This document shows positions 15,909-24,113 of a stretch of DNA of 25,585 nt, one piece after another (the first letter of the stretch is position 1; each line of letters starts with the position of its first letter). A model generated the notes under the pieces. The model was given only the letters and a program-made list of their open reading frames with translations. It had not been told where the DNA came from and did not search any database. A program made the translations under genes and the position numbers. The DNA is from a virus. Lineage: Duplodnaviria; Caudoviricetes. The DNA lies in the IMG/VR virus record IMGVR_UViG_3300010362_000099, positions 1-25,585 of that record. One strand, given 5' to 3'.

Positions 15909-18900
15909 GCGAGCAGTTCACCGCGACGTTGAAGCCCAAGCAGAAGCTCCGCGCCACCTTCCAGCCCCATCAGAAGTTCACGGCCGTCTTCGGCACCGGA
16001 TTACCGATCCCCGGCCCGCCTGGCCCGGAAGGCCCGCAAGGTCCCGAAGGGCCGATGGGTCCGGAAGGTCCCGAAGGGCCGCAAGGCGATCTTGGTCCGA
16101 TCGGACCGACTGGCGCGACGGGTCCTGAAGGTCCGCAAGGCGATCAAGGTATCCAGGGAATCCAAGGCCCCCAGGGGATCCAGGGTGCTACGGGCGCTAC
16201 CGGCGCTACCGGGCCAGAAGGGCCAGAGGGACCGCAGGGATTACAAGGGCCTCCTGGAACCGGCCTCGCGATCCAGGGCACGGTGCCGAGCTGGGGCGAT
16301 CTGCCACCGAGCGGCAATCCCGGCGATGCATGGATCGCTGCGGATACCGGCCATGTTTGGGTTTGGAGCGGCACCGAGTGGGTCGATGCTGGCCCGCTGC
16401 AAGGTCCTCCTGGGCCGCAGGGCATACAGGGTCCTGCTGGTCCGGCAGGGCCGCAAGGATTGCAGGGCGCGACGGGACCGCAAGGATTGACTGGTCCTCA
16501 GGGGATCCAAGGCCCAGCCGGTGTCGAGGGGCCACAGGGTCCGCAAGGCCCGCAGGGTGCAATCGGTCCAGCCGGAGCAACCGGCGATCCTGGTCCCATC
16601 GGGCCACAAGGGGATCCCGGCCCGCAGGGGATCCAGGGCGACACCGGCGCACAGGGTCCGCAGGGCATCCAAGGACCAGCGGGACCGGAAGGGCCAGAGG
16701 GCCCGCCAGGCGCATCGATTGCCATCCAGGGAAGTGTGCCTACCGCGGCGGATCTGCCGCCAACTGGGAATCCCGGCGATGCGTGGATTACTGAGGACAC
16801 CGGCCACCTGTGGGTGTGGTCCGATAGCGGATGGACGGACGCCGGATTGATCCAGGGTCCCGCTGGTCCTGCTGGGCCAATTGGCCCGCAGGGTGATCCA
16901 GGACCGCAGGGCCCACAGGGATTGAAGGGCGATACCGGCAACACGGGCCCGCAAGGTCCCACGGGGTTACCAGGGCCCACTGGCCCACAAGGGGATCCCG
17001 GCCCACAAGGTGAGATCGGCCCGCAGGGATCGCAAGGGAATCAGGGACCGCCCGGGCCACAGGGAGAGATTGGGGTACAAGGTCCGGCTGGTCCTGAAGG
17101 CCCACAAGGACCGCAAGGATTACAGGGTCCGCAAGGATTACAGGGCATCCAGGGTAATCCCGGTCCGACTGGTCCGCAAGGCGATCCAGGGCCACAGGGG
17201 CCGGTAGGAGCAACCGGTCCGCAAGGGGATCCGGGTCCACAGGGTCCGAAAGGTGACACGGGAGCGCAGGGTCCACAAGGCGATCAAGGTATCCAGGGAA
17301 TCCAAGGCCCCCAGGGGATTCAGGGGCCGCAAGGACCGCCCACCAGCATTCAGGATGAAGGCAACCTGATGACTACGCGCTCTGCACTCAACTTTGTGGG
17401 CGCGGGCGTCACGGTTACGGATGATGCGGGCGGCAACCGCTATACGGTGACGATCCCCGGAGCCAGTGCAGGCCACACCATCCAGGATGAAGGCTCGCCG
17501 CTGGCGCAGCGCGTAGCGCTCAACTTTGTCGGAGCGGGCGTGGCGGTAACTGACGATGCAGCCAACGGTCGAACGGTAGTTACGATTCCCGGCGGCGGCT
17601 CGCAAACGCCGTGGACCCAGAACATCGACGGTGCCGGATTCACACTGTCGAATCCCGGCAAGGTCTTGGTCAATACGGCGGCGGCGGGCAGCACGGTGCG
17701 GTTGCAGGCGACCGGCGCTGCCGGAGATCCCTCCCTGAGTGCGGACTGCGGCATCGTGGGCATCAACTCCGGCAACCCCACATTGCTTATCGGCAACGAC
17801 GCCACTACGACCATCATGTGGATGCAGGTCAAGAACCGGAACAACACCAATCAGAGTTACGGCTTATCTTTGCAGCCGTTGGGCGGCAATGTGGCCGTGG
17901 GCAAACTCAGTGCGGGCTATGCCGTTGATGTGAATGGCGATATTAATATTTCCGGCAGCTACCGCGTGAATGGCGTTCCGATCAGCACTGGCGGCGGCGG
18001 ATCGCAAACCCCGTGGACGCAGGATATCGATGGGGCGGGGTTCCGGTTGATTAATACGGGCAACGTGGGGATTGGGAATAACGCGGCAACATTGCCTCAT
18101 GTCGCTGTGCCGTGGTCTTTTCTAATAGTTGGACAGACTACACCGAGCGATCATTGCGGCACTATCACTGCGTGCGGTAATTCCAGCACTAGCGTAAACA
18201 TGGGTGCGTTGAGTTTTGCAAATTATGCGATCAGCGCAACCGAGAAACGGATCGGGCAAATCTTAGGGATCACAGATGGCGCGATTGATTCAGGCGCTCT
18301 GGTGTTTTTTGCTGCCAAGCTTGGCGCACTCAACGAGCGCCTGCGGATCACGGCGGCGGGCAACGTGGGGATCAACCAGGGGAATCCGCAGGCACGGTTG
18401 CAGGTCAATGCGGATTCCACCAACCCGAATTTGTCCGCTGACACAGAGGGCATATATTTTGCATTCGGTACGAGTATCGGCTTGGCTTTCGGATCGCTAC
18501 CGGGCTCACCGTATTCGGCATGGATACAGACGAAACGCACGACTAACAATGGCACGGCCGATGCCTTGGGAATCAATCCGTTAGGCGGCAACGTAGGGAT
18601 CGGGGCCGGAAGCCCGAATTATCAGCTTTCGCTTGGTGGAACGGCGATCTCGCAAAAGCTTGCGGTCTATGACGATGGCACTAATTACTTCGGCTTCGGG
18701 ATCGATCTCGGCGCTATGCGCTATGACGCAGGCCTTTCCGCAGCGGGAGCACATGTCTTTTATACGGGCAATGTGGAGCGCATGCGGATCACGGCAGCGG
18801 GCAACGTGGGGATCGGGACGGAGCCAAGCGGCTATAAGTTCCGGGTTGCAGCGAGCGCCACTAGACATTTTGCAGTCCAGGATCAAGTGAACGTTGGTGG

Positions 18901-19927
18901 TGCGGTAGCGATCAGTGCTGTCGATGGCGCAGGCGGCACAAATATTCCGCTGGAGATAAGGGGAGTCCCAGTAAGCTTTCCCATCGGTGTCGTAAATGTC
19001 GAGGGTCAGCTTAATGCTCTTGCAAGAATGCAGGCAGTTAGTAGGTCTGTAGCTGCGGCGTTTAGCAATGCCGCCGTCGAAATCCGTGAAACGAATATGG
19101 CGGGCGGCGGCTCCGCAGGCGACTGGAACTATGCGCCACGCATCGGCTTTCATTGGTCCGGTGTGGTCGCGGCTCAGCTTGCGATGGACTGGGGCGGCAC
19201 GCTCTGCGTGCGCGACAACCCCGGCACGGGGTACGGAAACTTCCGGTGCCAGAATATCACGGTAAATGCGAATATCAATGGCCTCGCTGTTCCGAACGGA
19301 GATACACGGCAAGGTAATAAGGTCGCATCGACTGATGGCAGTGGATATCTCTGGACGACCTGGATCAACACCATATCGGGCGACAATGGCACGACGCCGA
19401 TTACTCGGGTCTACGCATCCAGCGACGAGTTCATCCGCTATTACACCTTGGCCAACTTCGCCGCGCAGCTAGCCACTTACCCAACCGGAGTTACCGTTCA
19501 GAATAACGGCAATTTCATGGCGACCAGATCCGTAATTAATTTTGTCCAAGGCACTGGGGTTAGTACGGTTGTGAACGTCTATGCGGATCGGGTGGACGTG
19601 TACTCCAACTACACCTCAGATCGCCGCTTGAAGCGGAACATCACCGATCTGGAAGGTGGCCTATCGATTATTGATCGACTCAGGCCGGTAGCGTTCGAGT
19701 ACAACGGATTGGGCGGATTCACGGCGGGCAGGCGAGCTTCTTCGATCATCGCCGATGAACTGCAAGCCGTGTTGCCGGACAGTGTGTATTCCTTCAGGCA
19801 AAAGCTATCCCCGGATGAGGAAGAGACGGACGTGCTTTGTTACGACCCGATCCAGCTTATCTGCCAGCAGATGCTGGCGATCCAGCAATTGCACCGGCGC
19901 TTACTTACTTTGGAGCAACGAAACTGA
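15905..19927 (+). CDS. Collagen-like modular tail fibre with C-terminal S74 intramolecular chaperone (1340 aa)
   Basis: ATG 15905 overlaps the upstream TGA; 115 Gly-X-Y triplets; GNVGI repeats; SDRRLK at 19616 followed by LRPVAFEY and a terminal coiled coil. Confidence 0.92.
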   Translation: MSEQFTATLKPKQKLRATFQPHQKFTAVFGTGLPIPGPPGPEGPQGPEGPMGPEGPEGPQGDLGPIGPTGATGPEGPQGDQGIQGIQGPQGIQGATGATGATGPEGPEGPQGLQGPPGTGLAIQGTVPSWGDLPPSGNPGDAWIAADTGHVWVWSGTEWVDAGPLQGPPGPQGIQGPAGPAGPQGLQGATGPQGLTGPQGIQGPAGVEGPQGPQGPQGAIGPAGATGDPGPIGPQGDPGPQGIQGDTGAQGPQGIQGPAGPEGPEGPPGASIAIQGSVPTAADLPPTGNPGDAWITEDTGHLWVWSDSGWTDAGLIQGPAGPAGPIGPQGDPGPQGPQGLKGDTGNTGPQGPTGLPGPTGPQGDPGPQGEIGPQGSQGNQGPPGPQGEIGVQGPAGPEGPQGPQGLQGPQGLQGIQGNPGPTGPQGDPGPQGPVGATGPQGDPGPQGPKGDTGAQGPQGDQGIQGIQGPQGIQGPQGPPTSIQDEGNLMTTRSALNFVGAGVTVTDDAGGNRYTVTIPGASAGHTIQDEGSPLAQRVALNFVGAGVAVTDDAANGRTVVTIPGGGSQTPWTQNIDGAGFTLSNPGKVLVNTAAAGSTVRLQATGAAGDPSLSADCGIVGINSGNPTLLIGNDATTTIMWMQVKNRNNTNQSYGLSLQPLGGNVAVGKLSAGYAVDVNGDINISGSYRVNGVPISTGGGGSQTPWTQDIDGAGFRLINTGNVGIGNNAATLPHVAVPWSFLIVGQTTPSDHCGTITACGNSSTSVNMGALSFANYAISATEKRIGQILGITDGAIDSGALVFFAAKLGALNERLRITAAGNVGINQGNPQARLQVNADSTNPNLSADTEGIYFAFGTSIGLAFGSLPGSPYSAWIQTKRTTNNGTADALGINPLGGNVGIGAGSPNYQLSLGGTAISQKLAVYDDGTNYFGFGIDLGAMRYDAGLSAAGAHVFYTGNVERMRITAAGNVGIGTEPSGYKFRVAASATRHFAVQDQVNVGGAVAISAVDGAGGTNIPLEIRGVPVSFPIGVVNVEGQLNALARMQAVSRSVAAAFSNAAVEIRETNMAGGGSAGDWNYAPRIGFHWSGVVAAQLAMDWGGTLCVRDNPGTGYGNFRCQNITVNANINGLAVPNGDTRQGNKVASTDGSGYLWTTWINTISGDNGTTPITRVYASSDEFIRYYTLANFAAQLATYPTGVTVQNNGNFMATRSVINFVQGTGVSTVVNVYADRVDVYSNYTSDRRLKRNITDLEGGLSIIDRLRPVAFEYNGLGGFTAGRRASSIIADELQAVLPDSVYSFRQKLSPDEEETDVLCYDPIQLICQQMLAIQQLHRRLLTLEQRN
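16136..16179 (+). repeat. 44-bp exact direct repeat, copy 1 (copy 2 at 17276-17319)
   Basis: CAAGGCGATCAAGGTATCCAGGGAATCCAAGGCCCCCAGGGGAT occurs twice, 1140 bp apart. Confidence 0.92.
17276..17319 (+). repeat. 44-bp exact direct repeat, copy 2
   Basis: Identical to 16136-16179. Confidence 0.92.
17345..17593 (+). repeat. Tandem 44-aa fibre repeat (IQDEG...[17 protein letters not shown]..R..VTIPG) x2
   Basis: 132-bp period; a degenerate third copy VQNNG...[12 protein letters not shown] lies at about 19490-19600. Confidence 0.85.
18335..18373 (+). repeat. 39-bp direct repeat encoding [13 protein letters not shown], copy 1 (copy 2 at 18776-18814)
   Basis: 37/39 identical, 441 bp apart, with dissimilar immediate flanks. 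Confidence 0.9.
18776..18814 (+). repeat. 39-bp direct repeat encoding [13 protein letters not shown], copy 2
   Basis: 37/39 identical to 18335-18373. Confidence 0.9.
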
Positions 19928-19945
19928 ACAAAGGAGCTTTACAGA

Positions 19946-20263
19946 ATGCCGTTGGACTATGACCAAAGCAATGCCCTCATGAACAACCTGCCCTTCCGCG
20001 GCCGGATCAAAGTGGCGTCCTTGAACTACTCGAACTATATATTTGGCGAAGCATCTGGCACGTCGTTTCACAATACGAAGCTGAAGTGGGCGGCGGAGAC
20101 CTCCAATCAACCGGATCAGACGGCGATGAAGATCCAACCGATGGTGACGATGGATGCAGCCGTCCAGAATGAAGGGATCGATCCGACCGATGGCGATTCG
20201 ACCATCACCGATGAAGCGCTCAAGATTGTGGTGGAGACGGTGGTGAACACGAGGGTGCTGTAA
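19946..20263 (+). CDS. Hypothetical protein (fibre-associated position)
   Basis: SD AAGGAG; 105 aa; no motif recognised. Confidence 0.75.
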   Translation: MPLDYDQSNALMNNLPFRGRIKVASLNYSNYIFGEASGTSFHNTKLKWAAETSNQPDQTAMKIQPMVTMDAAVQNEGIDPTDGDSTITDEALKIVVETVVNTRVL

Positions 20264-20637
20264 TGCAGACTCTTTCTCTCAACTTCTACCAGCGATTCAT
20301 GCTCTGGAACCTGATCGGAGCCTACGAGGTTCCCAAGCTGAAGGAAACGGACGTCTATCTCCGGGTGATCGCCAAGATTCGCCTCAGCGATGAGGAAAAG
20401 ACGGTCTCGGAGTTCGTGAGCGATGGGGAGCGGACCAGTTGGCGCCTGCCGGAGCGGGACTACGGCACCAAAGCCGTGGAACTGGAAAAGGATGAAGTCA
20501 AAGCCTTTATCGATGTCCTGGAGCAATCACCGCTCCGGGTCGCCGATTCGGAGTGGAGAAAGGAGTTGATCGGCTCGCTCAACGGTGCGGCGCGCGCCGA
20601 CAATGCTCAACCCGCTTCAGCAGTAGCCAAGGCTTAA
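20263..20637 (+). CDS. Hypothetical protein
   Basis: TAATG overlap with the previous gene; 124 aa, helical and charged; last late-operon gene. Confidence 0.75.
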   Translation: MQTLSLNFYQRFMLWNLIGAYEVPKLKETDVYLRVIAKIRLSDEEKTVSEFVSDGERTSWRLPERDYGTKAVELEKDEVKAFIDVLEQSPLRVADSEWRKELIGSLNGAARADNAQPASAVAKA

Positions 20638-20656
20638 CCCCTCTCGTTTAAAAGCG

Positions 20657-20962
20657 CTAGCCGTCTGTAGGCGGGTGGTACGCCTCAATCAGGGCGATGA
20701 GCTTGCGGGGTTGGGTGTGGAGTTTCGGTGCCAACCGCCAGATCGTCCGCAACGTCGGCTCGTGCAATCCCCGCTCGATGCCGCTGACAAAGGTCCGGTT
20801 GACGCCGGCTTCTAGCGCTAGCCTCTCCTGGGAGAGGCCTGTGCGCTGGCGTGCCTCGATGAGGGCTCTGGCAATCGCCCTACGAAAGGCATCTGGCTTG
20901 CGGCGGCGGCGTTTGATACACAAAAGTTTACTTGTCCAGGAGTATTCATATCCACATGACAT
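20657..20962 (-). CDS. XRE-family HTH transcriptional regulator (start uncertain)
   Basis: ARQRTGLSQERLALEAGVNRTFVSGIERGLHEPTLRTIWRLA is a classic HTH_3/C-protein-like motif; no S24 peptidase domain. Confidence 0.88.
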   Translation of the reverse strand: MSCGYEYSWTSKLLCIKRRRRKPDAFRRAIARALIEARQRTGLSQERLALEAGVNRTFVSGIERGLHEPTLRTIWRLAPKLHTQPRKLIALIEAYHPPTDG

Positions 20963-21066
20963 GCTATGCAAACCGGCAAGGCCCTTTTTAATATGTCTTC
21001 GTGCTCTATCGCACGCACTTTTAAATGATGGCAGATGTTGGGTTTAGGCTGTGGATGGGATATGAG

Positions 21067-21083
21067 TACTGAATACTTCAGTA
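21067..21083. promoter_or_regulatory. 17-bp palindromic operator candidate
   Basis: TACTGAA-TAC-TTCAGTA with perfect 7-bp arms; extra TTCAGTA half-site at 21088-21094; lies between divergent regulators. Confidence 0.6.
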
Positions 21084-21112
21084 ATGGTTCAGTATCAATA
21101 GCATTACCAGGA

Positions 21113-21141
21113 TTGACAGGTACCGAAGCGCGGCATAGTAT
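21113..21141 (+). promoter_or_regulatory. Sigma70-type rightward early promoter
   Basis: TTGACA (21113-21118), 17-bp spacer, TAGTAT (21136-21141). Confidence 0.85.
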
Positions 21142-21219
21142 GAGTGACAATTCCGCACGAAAATGTGCATCGGCAGCGGGGAAATTGCTGGTAGAAACAC
21201 CTAACTGGAGGTGTAGGGA

Positions 21220-21456
21220 ATGACTCATCAGACCGTGCGTGTGACCCTAGATTTAATGATCCAACGCAAAGAAAAGATGGACGCCTGCCGCGAGATATTG
21301 AGCCGCCAGGATGGGGAACACTGGACCATTCGGCGATTCACCAATTTAGCCATCGATGAGTTGTGCGAAAGGCTGGGCGTGCACAACGGCCACGGCCCAC
21401 ACGGTACCCCGCCCAAGAAACATCCCAAGGGCCGCTCACCCGGCTCCCGCAACTAA
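21220..21456 (+). CDS. Ribbon-helix-helix (Arc/CopG-like) DNA-binding protein
   Basis: SD GGAGGT; alternating strand TVRVTLDL, then a helix, then TIRRFTNLAIDELCERL; first gene after the promoter. Confidence 0.65.
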   Translation: MTHQTVRVTLDLMIQRKEKMDACREILSRQDGEHWTIRRFTNLAIDELCERLGVHNGHGPHGTPPKKHPKGRSPGSRN

Positions 21457-21481
21457 TCTCAATCGATTAATCGAGGGCTTT

Positions 21482-21688
21482 ATGAATTCCACACAGGATT
21501 CGTGTGTCACCACGCGTCAACTGCGCCTCCGGCTGCCTCCTGCCACGGCGGCCAGCGAGGATCCGGTGCCCTGCGATGAGTGCCATCAGCAGTACGGCAT
21601 CCACTGGATCGGCTACCGCTGGCTCTGCGGACCGTGCAGCGCCGAGGAGTTCCGGCTGATTCAAAGGGAGGTTTACGGATGGCGATAG
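21482..21688 (+). CDS. Small Zn-finger protein (68 aa)
   Basis: CDEC...CGPC; GAGGG upstream; overlaps the exonuclease start. Confidence 0.6.
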   Translation: MNSTQDSCVTTRQLRLRLPPATAASEDPVPCDECHQQYGIHWIGYRWLCGPCSAEEFRLIQREVYGWR

Positions 21689-22647
21689 ATTTGGAGTTGC
21701 GCCGCCGGTCTTTGGCGGCGTCGGAATTCGGCAGCGTGTTTGGCGTCGACCCGCGCCGCGATGCCCGCGCGCTCTGGGCCCAGAAAAAGGGCGAGTTGCC
21801 GCAGGGAGAACCGCAGCCGTGGATGAGGGCCGGCAAACGTTGGGAGCCGCACATCCTACAGGTCTGGGCGGAAGAAAGCGGATCAGATTTGGAGTTATGG
21901 GACAAGACGGTGCAACATCCCAAGCATCCGTGGCTGGTAGCTTCCTGCGATGCGCTGGTGCGGATCAACCGGCTCATCGCCGAAGCCAAACTCGTGCAGT
22001 GGCATCAGCGGCACCACTGGGGCGCAAGTCCATCGGAGGTGCCGGAGCAATACATCCTACAGGTCGCCATCCAGATGGCAGTGATGGATTTCGATAAGGC
22101 GATGATCGTGGCGTGGGCTGGCGAGTCGGATCTGTGGGTTTACGACTACCCGCGCGACCCGGAGATGGAGGGGGCGCTGGTGGAGCGCGGCTATGAATTC
22201 TGGCAGCGCTACATCCAGGGTGACGAACGGCCGCCGATTACGGGATCAGAAGAGTCCGCCGCTTGGCTGCGCTGCACCTTCCCAAAAAACTTCGGCAATG
22301 TCCGCAAGGCGACAGCGACGGAGATCGCGCTGCTGGAGGACTACACGGATGTTCGGATTAAGGAAAAAACCGAGGTGGCCGAGGTTTTGGATCGCCGGGC
22401 CCTGCTGGAGAACCAGTTGAAAGAAACCATCGGACGAGATGACGGGTTGGCCTGGTTCGGCGGGCGTTTCACTTGGAAGAAGATAAAGGACCACGAGGAG
22501 ACCGATTGGCAGGCGTTGGCACGGACACTCCTGCTCAGCCGACCCGACGAAGAGCGCGGCGAACTCGTCAAGCGCTTTACGTCAACCGTAGCGGGTTACC
22601 GGCGCATTCACTTCACCGCGGATCGATTACGCGAGGCGGCGGCGTGA
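21679..22647 (+). CDS. YqaJ/lambda-exonuclease family recombination nuclease (322 aa)
   Basis: SD GGGAGG; RRRSLAASE, LWAQKKG, GKRWEP, HPKHPWLVASCDA, EAK and YILQVAIQMAV are the YqaJ motif series. Confidence 0.92.
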   Translation: MAIDLELRRRSLAASEFGSVFGVDPRRDARALWAQKKGELPQGEPQPWMRAGKRWEPHILQVWAEESGSDLELWDKTVQHPKHPWLVASCDALVRINRLIAEAKLVQWHQRHHWGASPSEVPEQYILQVAIQMAVMDFDKAMIVAWAGESDLWVYDYPRDPEMEGALVERGYEFWQRYIQGDERPPITGSEESAAWLRCTFPKNFGNVRKATATEIALLEDYTDVRIKEKTEVAEVLDRRALLENQLKETIGRDDGLAWFGGRFTWKKIKDHEETDWQALARTLLLSRPDEERGELVKRFTSTVAGYRRIHFTADRLREAAA

Positions 22648-23543
22648 GTCTACTTGCAGAGAGCCTACAGACTATACCGATGCAGGGTATGACCTTGGAG
22701 AACACGAATGCCTTTCGTCGTGTGTTGCGTGAAGTCCCAATTATCAATGCCGACAATGTAGCTCAGTATATGTTGCAAATTACCGAATGCCCCAAATGGG
22801 AGGATTGGCAAAAGGCCTTTCCTAACTTGGCACCGCCATTTCCAGATTTTTGGATTGAGTATAGGCTGCCCGCTTGGGTACTGGTCGGCGGTCATCGTTT
22901 TGTTCCTCCTGTTGCGGAAGAGGATTCACGTGTCGGCGTGTTGTTTTTTGCAGGCGGTGGGCAATCTATAGAGGAGCGCTGGCGATACAACATTTTGCTG
23001 GTTAGGGCGGCGGTCAAGCAACACTTCGCCGCACGGATTCTCAGATGGGACCAGGGAATTGATGGCCACGGTCGATTGGTCGACAATACCTTTAGCGGTA
23101 ATGGCAAGGTTCGTTTATTCCCGGACTGGTCACGAATGGATGAAGAAGAGTCACGAACACAGTTGACTTATGTCTTGCCAACGCTTCTAGCTCTCTCTTT
23201 TTTCCATTGCAAGAACGTCCACGCAATCGTGAAGACCCCGCCGCCGGCGCTCGCCAAGCGCAATCTGGAGCGCGGCAAACCGCCGATGCTGAAGTATCAC
23301 ATTCTTGAGATTGAGCCCATGAAAAAGGTGCTGCGCCAGGAGGGCCGGATCGAAACCGGGGGCCTGCAGCGGGCGCTGCATATCTGCCGTGGGCACTTCG
23401 CGCACTATCCAGAAACCGGGCCGGGGTTATTCGGCAGGGGTATACACGGGGATTTCTGGGTTCCGCAGCATGCGCGGGGCACAGAGAAGCGTGGCGTGGT
23501 GGTGAAGGATTACAGCGTCAATCCACCAAAAACGGCATCATGA
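22644..23543 (+). CDS. Hypothetical protein with C-terminal HxxRGHF...WVPxHxRG motif (possible distant AcrVA2/FinQ-like)
   Basis: GTGA-coupled to the exonuclease; 299 aa; HICRGHF at 23379-23399; family link is inference only. Confidence 0.6.
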   Translation: MSLLAESLQTIPMQGMTLENTNAFRRVLREVPIINADNVAQYMLQITECPKWEDWQKAFPNLAPPFPDFWIEYRLPAWVLVGGHRFVPPVAEEDSRVGVLFFAGGGQSIEERWRYNILLVRAAVKQHFAARILRWDQGIDGHGRLVDNTFSGNGKVRLFPDWSRMDEEESRTQLTYVLPTLLALSFFHCKNVHAIVKTPPPALAKRNLERGKPPMLKYHILEIEPMKKVLRQEGRIETGGLQRALHICRGHFAHYPETGPGLFGRGIHGDFWVPQHARGTEKRGVVVKDYSVNPPKTAS

Positions 23544-23851
23544 ACGGTTCATCCGGCGGCCGTAAATCTACGAAAGGAGTGAACGTTGTGGGGACTGTGA
23601 ACATGCGGCCGCCGGGTGTTTATATTCTGGTGGCCATCTGCGAGCGCGCGCATGAGCAGCGCATTACTTTTCATGGGGTGCCGCGCGAGTTGGTGGAAAC
23701 TCAGGCGGGTTTGTTGGATGGCACCTCGCCCTTCTATGTGAGTCCACCCGAGCCCAACAGCGTCATCGGCAAGTGCGGCCTGTGCGGTGCGCAGATTCAT
23801 TGCCACGTGGAGGAAACCGAAGATGGAACAACAACTCGAACAGAGCCTTGA
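23540..23851 (+). CDS. Hypothetical Cys/His protein (start may instead be GTG 23588 or ATG 23603)
   Basis: ATGA overlap; internal AAGGAG SD; CERAH...CGLC potential Zn ribbon. Confidence 0.6.
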   Translation: MNGSSGGRKSTKGVNVVGTVNMRPPGVYILVAICERAHEQRITFHGVPRELVETQAGLLDGTSPFYVSPPEPNSVIGKCGLCGAQIHCHVEETEDGTTTRTEP

Positions 23852-24113
23852 TGAACTCAATGTCAGCATCGAACACTGCGTAAACCAACTGCGCCGGGCG
23901 CGCCAGGAGCGCGATGAAGCACTTGCCCGAATGGTAGTGCTGCTGAAGCAAATCGGCGCTGCGGACCACTGTAACGGCTGCAATCGGCCCATCCTGTGGG
24001 TGAGACATCGCAACGGTGTGGCCGCGCCGTACGATTCTGATGGGACGCCACATTTTGCGACCTGTCCAAAGGCTGATCAGTTCCGGCGAAAGAAGGAGAC
24101 CAAACGTGCCTAA
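23823..24113 (+). CDS. Coiled-coil plus Zn-finger protein (96 aa)
   Basis: SD GGAGGA; heptad N-terminus; CNGC...HFATCP. Confidence 0.75.
   Translation: MEQQLEQSLDELNVSIEHCVNQLRRARQERDEALARMVVLLKQIGAADHCNGCNRPILWVRHRNGVAAPYDSDGTPHFATCPKADQFRRKKETKRA

Larger units (their letters stand above)
16013..17341 (+). repeat. Collagen Gly-X-Y repeats in three tracts (27, 34 and 54 triplets) separated by two globular Trp-rich modules
   Basis: Counted from the translation: 16013-16255, 16403-16708 and 16856-17341. Confidence 0.95.

Noticed and set aside
16013-17341. CRISPR-like or satellite array
   Set aside because: Periodicity is 9-bp collagen coding with no constant repeat and unique spacer structure
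18335-18814. Diversity-generating retroelement TR/VR pair (both mismatches in the 39-bp repeat are A in copy 2)
   Set aside because: Only 39 bp and two mismatches, both copies are coding within one gene, and there is no reverse transcriptase in the window
20638-20656. Bidirectional intrinsic terminator between convergent genes
   Set aside because: Only a weak 5-bp stem with a 2-nt loop and no U-tract
20657-20962. Restriction-modification or toxin-antitoxin locus implied by the C-protein-like XRE
   Set aside because: No methyltransferase, restriction nuclease or toxin motif adjacent; context fits a phage switch
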